This document shows, in pieces, positions 14,877 through 29,476 of a DNA stretch of 64,000 nucleotides. The notes under the pieces are model-generated. The model was not told the origin of the DNA. It made no database searches and worked only from the letters and a program-made list of their open reading frames with translations. The position numbers and the translations under genes were made by a program. Numbering within the stretch: the first letter of the stretch is position 1; every line of letters starts with the position of its first letter. Source of the stretch: Camelus dromedarius (Eukaryota); assembly GCF_036321535.1 (NCBI RefSeq), contig NC_087437.1, positions 109,246,001 through 109,310,000 on the forward strand, given 5' to 3'.

Positions 14877-15218
14877 TGCTATGGTCTGAATGTGCCCCCC
14901 CTCAAATTCATATTTTGAAATCCCGACTCTCAAAGAGGATGGTACGAGGAGGTAAGGCCTCTGGGAGGTGTTTAAATCATGAGGATGGAGCTCTTATGAA
15001 TAGGATTCGTGCCCTTATAACTCCAGAGAGACCCTTGCCTGGTCCACCATGCGAGGACACAGGGAAAAATATGTGACCTGGAAGAGAGCCCTCTCCAGGC
15101 CATGCTGGCACCCTGATCTTGACTTCCAGCCTCCAGAACTGTGAGAAATAAATTTCTGTTGTTTAAAAACTATCCAGCCTGTGGTGTTTTGCTATAGCCA
15201 CCTGAACGGACAAAGACA
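14877..15218 (+). mobile_element. Solo MaLR LTR (MLT1A/MST-like)
   Basis: TG...CA termini; 'tgctatggtctgaatgt', 'gctggcaccctgatcttgacttccagcctccagaactgtgagaaataaatttctgttg'. Confidence 0.85.
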
Positions 15219-15289
15219 CCTGCTCACTTCCCTTCTTTCCCCCTTCTGTCTTTCCCTCCTCTGATAGAATTCCATCTTATAGAATTAAT

Positions 15290-15650
15290 TCATTACTGCG
15301 TTCATTCACTTATTGAAAACATATTTTCTGAGTGCCAACTGTCCCTACTATGTACCTAGTAGGTGCCAGGCACTGTCTCCAGTTCTGGGGATATAATGGC
15401 AAACAAAGGAGGCCAGTTCCCTACCCTCAAGGAGCTTTCCTTCTAGAACTCTCTGAAGTTTGACTGAACCCCGGGTCTTCTATCAATAGCTTTTTTAATT
15501 TGTGGCAAACTATTTAACCGAGCTATGCTTCATTTTCCTCATCGTGTAATGGGGGTAATATTAGTTCGTACTGGTTGGCTTTTGTGAGGATAAAATGAGA
15601 TAATGTATATAAAGCAGTTAGGAGCAGAGCGTGTGGCTATGACCTAGTGT
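15290..15650. mobile_element. L2 3' end followed by a MIR fragment
   Basis: 'ttcattcac...gtgccaggcactg...ccctcaaggagct' (L2) and 'ttttcctcatcgtgtaatggggg...gtgaggataaaatgagataat' (MIR). Confidence 0.6.
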
Positions 15651-17798
15651 GCAATGCGTGCTGCCACCTTCCCCGAAGTTGTTTCCCTGAGGTGTTTATT
15701 GCCTCCTCATTTGCCTGGGCACCTGGAGAGACCACTTTGCTTAACGCTTCATTTTCAGCACCAGGGAGCAAGCAGGAGCCCTTTGAAAACGCCCAGGGAG
15801 CAGCAGTTGTGGGAGCAGCACAGAGCTGTTGCAGGTTAGTGCACTATCCAAGCACACGTTAGTGTGGTCACCCCAGGTCCTGCCAGAAGATGTGGGAGGC
15901 AGCACCCTTTTATATGCAGAAACCCTTTATACATGAGCAGAAACAAGTCAAAATGAGGTTAAGGGATGCTCTGAGGATACACAGGCTGTTTGCGCAGAGG
16001 GAAAGTCAGGTCTATTGTTTTTCCAAAGGGTAGTATCTCTCCTATATTTATAGCGTGCATATATCTAGAGGGTAGTAGAATCTTCTCTGCCTCTACTCAT
16101 GACTTCCCAATACTTTGAAACTTTTTGATATTGGTGAGAGAAGTAAGTCATTTCAGATACTTTTTCAGACACACTCAATTCTACTTTGGCTGTGTCCCTC
16201 TGTCCTATATGCCTTGCAGGTCACTGTCCTGGTTTCTGACAAGTATTGTGATGAATTACAAGCTGGGGGTAACTTGAGTTTCTTCACACTATTGATTTTA
16301 GGAAAATTCAAGCTTTCAGAAAGTTGGCAAGTCATATATTAATGTCATTTGTCCTTAAAACAACACTTGTCCAAAGAAGAAACAATCACCACACTTTATA
16401 CTTTCACTAAATCAATGACATATTTCTTAAAATAAAAAAAAGAATTTAAATCATTTTTTAACAGAAAGGAAAAGAAAATCTTAACTTTTTACATTACTCA
16501 GATTCCTGATAAACTTCTGGGTATAGTTTACTCTTAAAGTAAGTTTTTAATTTATTTATTATTATTGTTAATTGTTAAAGCACATCCACTCTACCTATTT
16601 ATTAATTTGTGAACTAATACTGTTATACAAAGAAGTGTTCACTTTTTTTATCCTTAGTTTTTTTTTTTTTAAATTTTGTCTCTATATTAATATTCTTCAC
16701 AAATCAAAGGAGTCTACTCATTCCTGGGGTGATAACTTCATTTTAGGTAATCCAGGTTTGAAGCACTGACCAAGGTGTTTTTACAGTTTATTTTGGTTAC
16801 AATTGCTGTTTTCCTTTTTTTTTTTTTTTTTTTTTTTCCCACATGGACAGCTACCTCTTATAAGAATGTTCTAGCCTGTCTCTGTCATGGACTGAGTATG
16901 AGATTTTGAACAGATAATTTAGCTTCTAAAGGTTTTTGTTCTCTTCAAAAGTAATATGAAGGGCTGAGCTTTCTCACCCCTTAGGTTTTTTGTCATCTCT
17001 AAGCCTCCCTGAGTCTATTAAAATCCGTTTTCCCCCCCACAGGAGATAAAATACCTGAGATTTGCTAATGAAAGTACTACTGCTTATTCCATAAGCAAGG
17101 CAGAAGTCAGTTTCATTACTGTGGGCGAGTCGTTAGAAAGACTGGAACAACGAAACACACTTGACACTGAAACTGTATTGATTTCAACTTAACTCTCCTC
17201 TGGTGCCTCGGAAAGCACTCCAGGCTGTTGGAAAGCTTCAGGCTATGCTGGGAGCATTGTCCTCGTTGGTGCTTAGGCAATATTAGACTGGAGACCCCTG
17301 GGATTTTTTTTTTTTTTTTGGTTTTTAATTCTCCAAATAAATTCCAGTTTCAACACATTTACTTGTCATCTGCTCCTGTCTCATCCAATACAGAACAGAA
17401 AGAACAAAACAATGGTATTCAACTCTTCTGATTGTAAGAATTTCAGATTAAGGAAGCTTTGTTTTGTGGGTTTCATACAAGAGTGATTAGTTAATCAGTG
17501 GTTAGACTGTATTCAGAAAACAGCACTTTTCTGGTGTAAAGGCAAGAAAAGGTATTGAAGATGCTAATCTGTGGATCTGAGTGCACTAAATTGGGGACAG
17601 AGGGAATGATACCTAATTGGGGACTGAAGATACTGCATTATGCTGACTGCTGAGGGCACCTGGGTTCCTTATTATCAGATTATGTCATTAGAAATTTTAT
17701 CTTATAATAAAATTGTCTAACTTTGGTTTTTTCTTTGACAGACTCTTATTCCACATCCTCCTCCTCTCAATATGTTAACCGCTGAGAGTATATTGTCA

Positions 17799-18053
<255 letters not shown>

Positions 18054-20644
18054 TTAAACAGGGTTAGGAGAAAAGAGGACTCATGATTCAATGCTAGTGT
18101 AGGGAGAGAAGACATTTCTGTGACACAAAATTATAACTCTATCAAGGACTTACTCTCTTGTGTGTAGGTGAATAGATGCATTTTTTTTAGCAAATGAAGC
18201 AAAATCTAAATGATCTTTTATCATTCATTACTGTGCTGCTTAAAATGTAATTTATTGGCATTGGATGGGATTAAATGGTTTTAATCCTGAGACATTCTAT
18301 GCCTAAAATGTATAGACAGTTTACTCACTTAGCTTTGAGTTTATTTGCTTGTTTTTTGCTGAAAAGTCTATCCCCAGATTTCTGGCCTTTTGTTACTGTC
18401 TAATATTCATCTTATGGTATAAAATAAGATGTTCTAGGTCTTTGTACAACTGTGAAAGCTTTGAAATACTAACTTATTTTTATTTGATATTAAAGAATGT
18501 GTGAATCTTTCAAAAGATTAATATATCATGCCATTTATCACATGTATTTTAATAAAACAGAAAAATCAAATGAAATTGGATGCAACCATACTTGACAGTA
18601 TATAAATCTTTTTTAAAAATTGTTTTATGTTACTTTTGAAGTCAAAATTATTTTTTTCTAATGTAGATTCTTATTTTACTAAAGAGACTATATTTACCAA
18701 AAAGGCAAAATTTTGTCCTCAAATGAAGTACTATTTTTTAAAACTATACATCAAAGATTGGCTGTTTCTCAGGTGAAAAGGGGCCCTTCCTGGTAAAAAG
18801 ATACATTTTAGGTGTTATCAGGTGATTCCTGATTATTTGTAAAAGGTAATATAAAGGCATTTACTGGGTTACCATAAAAATCCTTTCTCTCTTAAAAAAA
18901 GGGTATATAGGTAAAGTTTATTTCCACAAAGGAAAAACGTGTGTGAAAACTCTCTAGCTCAAAACTGGTTAACTGCACTATGGAAGTCTATAAATCCAGC
19001 AGTAGAATCAAAGGGGGCAGAAAGGCCTATGCGAGCTCACGTCAATTGTGTCAATTCATGGATGAATTTCCCTTGCCTGAAATTCACTACTGGTCCTGTA
19101 CTTAGAATTTCCTCCACGAACTTGTAGGAATGACAGAGTTTATGTGGCCAGTTAAAAAGTGGAAAGAAAACACCCTAAGTTTAAAAATCCAAAGTGTTGA
19201 AGTTGAGCAAGTGAAATATCTGATTTAAAGGAGTCTTTCAATTCTGATTGGTGTTTTGAAGTTTTGTAGTTAATGGCTGAAGCTGAGGAGGGAAATTGGA
19301 GTTTAGCAGTCTACAAATAAATGAGTTCATGCCCAGGTTTAATCTATAAACAGACACACATATTGCTTAGAAATCAAAGCCAGCTCAAGGCTCGTGATAA
19401 CCAGGTTGGAAGAGTTTCTGGGCTTTGAATTAACAGATATAGTCTCCAAAAGCTACTAGGTATCTTTGTGCTTTATTCTCTTTTAATGAGGTTAATGGCT
19501 TCCCTGTGGTTTTTATTTCTTTCTTTTGTTTGTTTGTTTGAATTTTGGTGTGTAATATTACACAGATTTATAATAGTTTTCATTAAATTGCCTCCAAGGA
19601 TTTAGTAGAACAGTTTGTTGCTATTGTTTTAATCTTGTGGTTTAATGGGATTTATATGCCTGTGGGTGTGTGTGTGTGTTTAATGCCCAAGTTTGTTTCA
19701 TATCTTTGTACTTAATTGATCTAACAGCCTTGTGGCAGTGCGATATGATTTTAGATCTTTAGTTGGCGATCATTAAAATACCATTTATTTCATAAAACAG
19801 CCGTGGGAAATAAATAATATAGTTAGTAAATGTATTTTCTTAGCTTAGAGGTATAGATTTTCTGCTGTAAATTCATCTTTATTTTATTTGGCTGCATTTG
19901 TGAAAAAATCAGACTTTAATTTCTTATCTCTATAATTATGTATTATATAGCAGTAAAATTGGACAGACGGATAACCAATTGTTGACATAGAATAATAAAG
20001 TCACATCTATCATTTTAAAATACTACATATTTATACTTTTGGATAAAGTTGTCTTGGAAATTAAAAAATAATTAGTAGAAACCTACTCGAATTACATTTC
20101 AAACCCTTAGTAGATAGTATGAATTAGATTTCTCAACATTTCATCTTTTTAAAAAAAATTCACACAATTTTGTGACTTTTATGACTCTCCATGTTAACTG
20201 ATTTACTTAGAAATGACTTCCCTCAAGTAGAGATGGTTTGTCTAAGTTTAGAACTCTAGAGGATGAAGTTACGGAAGCAATAAAGTAGAGTAAAACATCA
20301 TTAGAAAACATTTGGGATGAGAGACAATACTTGCTGAAGTCTCTTTAGTGCCTTTTATGGCAGACATGACAGCCAATCCTGATCCAGACTTTGCTCACGC
20401 TCTGTAGAAAAGAGAAAGCCTGATCATCACATTAAAAAAGAAATTAAACGAAATGGTTTCCAACTGAGTACAGTGACAAGCTTCTGCTAACAAGAGCACA
20501 CCGTCAGTACAAAGGCTGGCTACCCGGTCCCATGCTACATGCTAAGGACAGATGCCCCAACAGTTACCAGTACCACAAATTTGTACACTGTAATGTTTGT
20601 TTCACCTGAGAAATATTTTTAAACTTCTTGAAAAACAAGCAGAG

Positions 20645-20734
20645 TCTGGTTGGGGCTGACTGTCATGTACCCAAGGTAGTGGTAACTAGCAGACACTGCA
20701 TCCCACGGTTTGCTGTGGATGATGGTAAACTCCA
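20645..20734 (-). promoter_or_regulatory. Candidate editing-site complementary sequence (ECS) for GRIK1 Q/R A-to-I editing
   Basis: Collinear imperfect inverted repeat of 22046-22149: blocks TCTGGTT, TCATG, CAAGGTA, GCATCCCACnGTnTGCTG (16/18) and TGGTAAACTCCA (12/12). GluK1/GluK2 Q/R editing is known to need a distant intronic ECS. Confidence 0.8.
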
Positions 20735-22073
20735 AACAGGTAGAATATAAAAGAGAAATTTGAAGGGCAGGTACACTCATATGACAGAAGGCAGTAGGGC
20801 CATACATGCCTGCACAGACTTGCTGCATGCTCTGTGAAACCCAAGTCTGTATTTTTCAGTTTTAATGGTACAGGAAGGCAAGCTACAGGGAAGGAGCGGG
20901 GGTGGGTCTGTTTCACTGTTTTAAAATAATTGCTCACAAGATAAATGCCTTAAAAATCAAATGCACTGGTAAAGCCATGTATGTCTTCTAATATGCTTTC
21001 CTGTAGAATTTATAGTTCTTTGCTGTGTTCTAAACTCATGCAAGTGATTTCTAGTAAATCAGGTGCTGTGTCTGCACCTATTTGGCAGTGCCTGAATAAA
21101 CTACACTTAGCTGAATGATGAGAGAATCTCCCCACTTTCTTCAATTATTTGGCATTTCTACACCAGAGACCCTTGCTCTTTCTCTCTGGAATTTGTAGAC
21201 ACAGAATATAAACATTTCAAATAGTATGGTAACTCCCTCAAGAAAAGCCTTGGGGTTCACCACTAAGAAACAAACATTTTTAATATGTATCCCAGTTGAA
21301 ATTGTCTTTGCCAATTTATTTTACAGCTTTTTGTCAAATGAGCAGATATTCCGAACACAACAGCATCTGTGATTTATGATTTTCTTAAATTAATGCATTT
21401 AATCTTGAGAAATATTTTCTAGACCATACGCCTGGGATCAAAGCTGAGAAAAATTCTCAAAGGAGCTGGATTTCTTCCAAAGGTTAAAACAGCTCACTCC
21501 TCCTGCCCCAACAAAATCAAAACCCTTCAAATCATAGAAAATGTATGAAATATATTACATTTCTACTATTTGGATTCTGTTTCTCCAACTGCTCCAGTTT
21601 ACTGTTGCTATGGCTACCAATTGAGGGAGATTGTAAAAAGTTACTGGGAAGCTAAGATGAATCCCAGTAGGGTTTGTCAGAGTGGTAATTAGGTGACAGT
21701 TTTAGGTACTGCCAGCTATTGGAAGAATGTAAGTCAACCTAATTTTCAAAGGATTCAAATTTCATTTCTTTCAAACCTCTGACTTGTGGAATTATGGCCG
21801 AAAAGGAAAAGACCAGTACCTCCATCTATGCAAATCTGTAAGCACTTTCTAAGCTACTTTATCCTTTACTTCCTTCTAGGGAACTTTGCATTCCTTGCTT
21901 AATAGTAGTCTTATTTTAGACCTAAAGCAAAAGAGTTCCATTTCTGTCATATTTCTGTCTTTTTTATTTTTAAAACTGTCTAGGAAGCCAAATTCTATTT
22001 GTTTAATTCCTGAGCTAGTTTGGAGCCTACCCTCTAGCTTCTTGGTGGAGTTTACCAGCATGAAAGCCTGTCA

Positions 22074-22268
<195 letters not shown>

Positions 22269-22765
22269 TCAGATACATACATGTGGCACCAGCAAAAACC
22301 CACTGGACAATTCAGAACACCCAACAACCAATGAGGAATGCATCAAACCAAACAGTAGGTCCTATTCATAAACTCACAGCTTTGATGGGTAAAGTGCAAA
22401 GGAGACTTTAGGCACTATATTTAACAGACTTCTGTTTTCTAGGGAAAGCCAGCTGATTGGCTGGAATTGTACTTCTCAGATCTATGTCTACTGAATTCTT
22501 TTGAGTTTTCGTTCATTTCCATTTCACTGAACAACTAGATAGGCTGTAAAGAGAAGTTCACTCATCCCAAGAATTTACCCCACCAAGTAGCAATGATAGC
22601 AACACACACTTGTTGCATAGCAGATACAGTGGCAGGATTTTGTGTTGCTAAGTGCTGTGGGAGACACGCAAAACGCGGATGACTTGTCTTCAAGGGGCGT
22701 CTGTGGATAAAAGCTTAAAGGAGTCTATGTGGTCTAGTGATTTCATAATGTATTAAAGAAGCTGC

Positions 22766-23039
22766 GAGTCTCACAGAGACAGAGAACAAACTAGTGGTTA
22801 CCAGTGGGGAGGGGCAACAGAGGGGTAGGGATTAAGAACTACAGACTATCAGGTATAAAACAAGCTATAAGGATACATTGAACAACACAAGGAATATAGC
22901 CAAGATTATATAGTAGTTATAAAATGGAGTATAATCTGTAAAAATCGTTGAATCACTTTATTGTACACCTGTAACTTATATCATATTGTACCTCGACTAT
23001 ACTTCAATTAAAATAAAATAAAATTCACCAAAAAAAAAA
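22766..23039 (+). mobile_element. 5'-truncated L1 (3' UTR plus poly-A)
   Basis: 'acagagaacaaactagtggttaccagtgggga...ctatacttcaattaaaat' with an A tail; degenerate TSD aaagaagctgc / aaaggagctac. Confidence 0.85.
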
Positions 23040-25163
23040 GGAGCTACATGGTTGAAAAAATTGTGAACTAAAAGGAGGTCTGGATTGAGGTGTATTAGAT
23101 ATGTTTAGGATAGTATATGGAGATAAAAATCACAATCCTTAAATGAAGAGAGAAAATTCAAACATAGTATCCTGGCCCAGGCATAGGGGTTCATTCGTGT
23201 TAAACCCATAACATGTCTCGATGGAGAGTTTTAGGTTCATAATTGCTTCTTGATCCACTTTTAATTGTTTCTAGTCCATGGTCACTTGAGCACTAACCCT
23301 AGTTAGTTAGGAAGTCAGCCTTGAATATATCACCTAAGCTCTCTAGCCTCAGTTTCCTTAGTAGTAAAGAAGAGGGAATTCAGATATCCTGGGAGTGTGT
23401 TAAAATAAAAATTTGGGGGACTGAATAGATTTTTGGTTCTTTCTATATTTTCTAAACATCTATCTGATCTCTATAGCCCAAGGAGCTCCCTGCTCTGGGG
23501 TTATTTTTTAGGGCTTTCTTTCTAAGGGGCACTTATCTTTCCAAAGAGACATTAGCAGATGCTCTGCAAAGTGATCTGGAAATGATTTAAAATGCAGTAG
23601 TTCTCAGCACTGGTAGCTTTGCCATTTGCCATTGGGTCCTTTTAATGCAAGCTGGAGTGTTAGAGTAACGTTAAAACACCATAAGGCTGATGAGAACATA
23701 TGGAATGCTCTCCAGCCATAAGGCTTCAGCAGTAAACAATAGCAGGTTGCTGAGACATGGGGGAGAGTTGGGATTAAGGTGAATACATTATTTATAGCGA
23801 AAAGCAGGGCACACTGTGAATCATGCACAAGGAACTGGGCAGACAGTTCCTCTTAATGAAAAACCATTCTCTACATCCCTGGACATCTTAAAAGTGTATA
23901 GTGTCTCCTCATCCAGTCTTAGGGAGACTGAGATAACAGCCTCGCAGTTTATCCTACAATAATGGTATCTGACTCATTACTGCGTCTCCTCCACAGCTGC
24001 AGGGCATGCCGGGTAGGTTCCTGTGAAGCTTATGAATATAGCTTTAATTGACAATGCCATGGCAATACATTTTAATTACTGTTTCAACAATATAATTAAA
24101 TTTTGAATTTATACTCTCTTATAACCATACTAGTTTGCTGAGCTGAAGAACTGAATACAAATATTAATGAACCTACTAATTGAAGCAGTATGTGGAGTAC
24201 AGAAGCCATTACTTGAACAATATCATTGTCACTTGTACAATAATTTAAAAATATTAATTGCAATAAATTAGGAGGCTTGTGCATTCAAAAGAAGGAGTTT
24301 TTCTAAACAGACCAGAAAGTCTGGCAACCACCAGTCCTCTGATATTCTGGCATTTCTCCCTCATATATGCTCTGATGAATGAACTCACCACATTTCTCTT
24401 TGGAATGCTGCTTTTAATGAGGTCTTGTTTCAGTACTTCATACTTTGCAGCTATAAGTGGACAATTAATCTAATTTTCTACGGCAAAAAAGAAAACTGTC
24501 TAAACAGCAGTGTGATTCTGCCTGCTCTGCAGAGATATTTTCGGTCCTTTCTCTCTGGGATTCTGAGTGACTTGGGGAACATGTGGACTGAGGAATATTA
24601 AATAGTGATTTGATGCTGTGTAAAGCAATAGACCTACCTGTTGCTTGAATGTAGTTTTTCAGCTTGAAATTCCTAACACCTACTTACAGATAGCCAGTGT
24701 GACAACAATGTCAGTGGTGGAAAGTCTGGGGGAAAGATTAATACATGACCTGCACCAATCATACCCTGAAGCTGCTATCCTCAACTGAATCTGATTTTTA
24801 GTAAAGTGATAGAGAAAGGGACAAATGTGCTTAGAATTTATGTCAAAACTTGCGTATAAAATGCTATCGTTATGTTGAAATACAGAGGCTCATTTCAGTT
24901 TTATGTTTATACATGCCAGGCTTTTACTTGAATGGAAGATATAAAAGGATGGTCATACTGAAGATCTCTAATTAAGGGACACTCTTTATGGCTGAGAATG
25001 GATATTGGGCTGCATCAAGAAGAGGGAGATTCATCTTTTAAAATAGAAAGCTCTGTACAAACTTGTAGTATAACTGTTGGGTTTGTATTATAGCCTTAAA
25101 TTTACAGTCAAAGGTTTTTTTGATTCTTCTTTGCCAGGTACCAATCTAGAAATGTTCATTTTT

Positions 25164-25372
25164 GATACTGACAGGCATATATAGAATAGATAAACAAGAT
25201 TATACTGTACAGTGCAGGGAAATACATACAAGATCTTGTGGTAGCTCACAGCGAAAAAAATGTGACAATGAATATATGTATGTTCATGTATAACTGAAAA
25301 ATTGTACTCTACACTGGAATTTAACACAACATTGTAAAATGACTATAACTCAACAAAAAATGTTTAAAAAAG
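25164..25372 (+). mobile_element. Young 5'-truncated L1 3' end with perfect 16-bp TSD
   Basis: TSD AGAAATGTTCATTTTT at 25148-25163 and 25373-25388; A-rich tail. Confidence 0.88.
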
Positions 25373-26541
25373 AGAAATGTTCATTTTTAGGAAGATAGGC
25401 ATAAATTATAAGATGTAGGTAGACATTATATCTGGATATTTGGTCTATTTAAATTGTGTGTTCACGATGGATATAATTCCTTGGGATTAAGTACTTTACA
25501 AAAAGCAATTTGAAAAAAAATAGTCAACCACAAAACAAAAACACTGACATGCACATTCTTAATAAGTCATAGTTGCTAAACTTTTATATGGTTTTCCTTA
25601 TAACTATAAAATTTTCTACCTTTATAAATTCAATTCAGTTCAAGAAATGGTTTTGTAAGCTTCTATCTAGTGAGAGCATTAGCCTAAATGCAGTGATGGG
25701 CTTTATTTTCCCCCTTCAAAAAAAAAAAGGACATGAAAGGATATGCTTCAAATTCAAAAGGCTCTCTAGGGCTAAAGATGATGATGAGATTAACTGTTTC
25801 TCATTTCTACTTTACTGACTTTGAATGCAAACCACTAAGATGGCAACAAAAAGTCATTATACATCTTAGCTAATTGATGCAAAGTGACCAAGCTGATGGT
25901 CTTACACTATGGTGGCGGGGAGTAAAAGTGAATTGGCACACTTATTCAACCAGGATTTTGTCTTTGGGAATCACCTCCAGAATATATTTGCTGGCTTTAT
26001 GAGGTAGAAGCAGGAATGGATTCAAAGGTGTGGGGAAGATGAATGTAGTTGAGTGTATGATTCCCATGACAGTGCACCTGTGCACTGCAGGGACTTTTTT
26101 CTATATTTTTGTATTTTCTATGTTTCACCACCATGCTGTTTACAAATTTGCATTTGATGCTCAACAATTCCACTTCCCCAAGACCCAGAGTGAAAGGCAA
26201 GATAATGAGAAGGAAATGACAGGAGAATAAGCTATACAGAGAAGAGCTGGTTTGTAAATGGAAGTGTCAGTCAGTAGGAATATCGAGTGGATAGTTTTGA
26301 TTGCGGGGGGTGGGGAGGCTGCTTTCTTTTTATCTGATTAGAATTATTCTTATTAGTTAGAAAATATAAGGCGCTGGATCACCAGGAACTTACAGAGGAA
26401 CAGACGCAGTAAGGAGGGGAAAAGTAATGAATGTTACAGTATTCTGATGATAAAAAGAAAGCAATTTAAAGACCCAGTTGGGGTAAAGTGTAAAAGGGTA
26501 CTTTCAACCTGTGTGCTTGTGAGAACTTCTGGATGCTGTTG

Positions 26542-26542
<1 letters not shown>

Positions 26543-26568
<26 letters not shown>
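26543..26568. repeat. (AT)n microsatellite
   Basis: Directly visible. Confidence 0.95.
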
Positions 26569-26577
<9 letters not shown>

Positions 26578-26960
26578 CTTTCACTGGCTTTGGTCAAGTC
26601 AGTGTCGTAAATAATGTACTTGCCTCCTCATCAACATTGTCTTGTCTATTCTATGCATCAGCATCTCTACTAGACAAAGCAGCAAACTGGGGAATGTGGG
26701 AACTCATTCTATTGCCCTGTGCTGCTTGGATTGCTCTTCTAGCCCTAAAACCACCCAGCAGGTGTGGACCCCAGCACAGCGGAATGGAGCAACAAGCCAG
26801 CGGAGATTTCTTATTTGTTGTTAGAGGGTACATCACCTTAAGGTGGTCATTTATGGCCATTTCACTTAGGAGCTAAGGTGGTAAATGTATCTCCAAAGGT
26901 GAGTGATTTGTCTTTGAAAGTTTTGATAATCAAAGCGATATCATCTTTAATTATTTAGAA

Positions 26961-27160
26961 CACGACTTTTCAAACTTTGTGCTGCTGACATTTTGGGGTA
27001 ATTCATTGTTGTGATGGGGAGGGCTGGGCTGCACAGTATAGGATGTTTAGTACCATCCCTGGACCTACTAGATTCCTCCACCCTAAGTTGTGACATTCAA
27101 AACTGTTTCCAGACAATGTCAGATGTTCCCTGGGGGTAAAATCTCGGTTGAGAACCACTG
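26961..27160. mobile_element. MER20-like hAT DNA transposon
   Basis: 'gctgacattttggg...taggatgtttag...ccagacaatgtcagatgttccctgggggtaaaat...gttgagaaccactg'. Confidence 0.75.
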
Positions 27161-27405
27161 ACTGAGTATTGAAGTAAGAAAAGATAATATCACTCTACAT
27201 ACTCCAATAGATTATTTTCTGAGGTAAGACATATGGGGAGAAAGCTTTGGTCATAATTTAAAAATAGCTTAATATCTGGACAAAATTTGGAAAACAATCT
27301 AGGATTTGGTAATGGTATACTTTGTGAGGTCTAGAGAACTTCAGAACATTCATTTCATATTAAATGTATGTGTCTCACCCACATGTGAGAACACACATTC
27401 ATTTG

Positions 27406-27520
27406 CTTTGACTATGTCTGCCTTGTGAATCTGTAAGACCTTTCCAGACTAGGTTATTTTTCCCAGCTTTTTATAATTATGTCAGGGAAAGAGTTACCTG
27501 GCATTAATCAAAACCAGACA
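27406..27520 (+). repeat. Local direct duplication, copy 1 (partner 28375-28486)
   Basis: About 113 bp near-identical direct repeat seen in the sequence. Confidence 0.92.
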
Positions 27521-28374
27521 GTGGACAATGACAAAGAACTAGCATGAAGAAATGTTTCTCTTAGAAATTCCTGGAGGGAAAACAAAAAATTGATTAGGGA
27601 AAAAGTTCACTGAGTTTTGGTGAAAGATGAAAAAGATTGAAAATGAGCAGAGGATATAAAAAAGCAATTATTTTTTACATGGTTTATCTAGGGATATCAA
27701 ATGTTTAAGCCAACAGAAAGATGAAACAGCTGTGTTTCAAATTCAGTATCAAAGGTATTTAGAAAATACGAGCTACTGAATGGCATAAAAATCCTTTGAA
27801 AACTGTGTAGAGCAGAATGGTTAAATGTAGAGTTATTTCAGAAAATAAAACCCAGACTGAATCATCAGGGTGGCATAAAGATTTCATGCCTGAAGACTAT
27901 ATATGTAACTCATCTTTCCTTTCACAGTTATTTCTAGAGTTCTCTTGTTAACTCTCCAGTGTCTTAAAAATAAATTTTATAAAATTTTCAAAGTATTTGT
28001 CTTTATTCCTGAGGATTTCACAATCTTGATTTACTCTAGTGTTTCTTATTTGCTACTACAACTCCTAGCTAACTTTTTTTTTCTGATTTGTTTAATATTT
28101 GAGAATATTCCAGGGGTCAAGTATCTGGGTACCATGCTCGTCTTTCCTGTTGAAACATTTTAGGTTTGTTAGCTGAGCTATTGCTTTTGTGGCAATATAC
28201 TTCAGGAAAAATGGTAAATAACCATTTTATGTTGCTTCAAATACTGATGCAATTAAATCAATATAAAATTCTCTTCCTACTATCTTTTAAAAGTATGTAA
28301 ACATTCATACGAGGGAGAGCTTGATGGGCTAGAACACTAGGCAAAACAAAAGGATACTTTGATGCTCCTAATGT

Positions 28375-28486
28375 CTTTGACTTGTCTGCCTTGTGAATCT
28401 GTAAGACCTTTCCAGACCAGGGTAGTCTTCCCAGCTTTATAATTATGTCAGGGAAAGAGTTACCTGGTATTAATCAAAACCAGACA
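28375..28486 (+). repeat. Local direct duplication, copy 2 (partner 27406-27520)
   Basis: Shares 'tgtctgccttgtgaatctgtaagacctttccagac' and 'tataattatgtcagggaaagagttacctgg' with copy 1. Confidence 0.92.
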
Positions 28487-28567
28487 TAACAGATTAAATT
28501 CCTAGAGCATCCAGGTCAATCTGAGACTGACCTAGGTCTGTTTTAAGTTCAGTAGCCCTTGGACTTA

Positions 28568-29101
<534 letters not shown>

Positions 29102-29476
29102 TTAAAAAAGGGCATGTGAGAAAAGTGAGAAATGAGCAACTTGGTCATCAAAGTGGTTGATGAGATTTTTCTCTGAGCTGAAAATTTCAAAATTTTTTTA
29201 ACTAAATCATTCACATTTATTCTTCAGGATGGAGGATGGGCCCATACATTTTTATCCTCAATTTTTATCCTTACTTGCCCTCCTAAGTAAGCAAACTCCA
29301 TTTGTAAGTTGTTTTCTCCCACTTTTAAAACCATTTTTGTGATTCAAAAAAAAAAAAAAAAGTAGATCATGTCTTCTGACTCTGACTCAACCATTTTTTC
29401 CTTTCTTTTACTTCTTCTTATTACGCATATTTTAAGGCATTTAAGAACCATATGTAGGAGATGTATTTTTGCTTAC

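Noticed and set aside
15754..15774. RE1/NRSE-like motif TTCAGCACCAGGGAG
   Set aside because: The left half-site matches but the right half lacks the conserved AG; not supportable without ChIP or conservation data.
27406..28486. Direct repeats considered as LTR pair or CRISPR-like array
   Set aside because: Only two copies, no TG...CA/PBS/PPT structure or TSD, no spacer array, and the context is eukaryotic.
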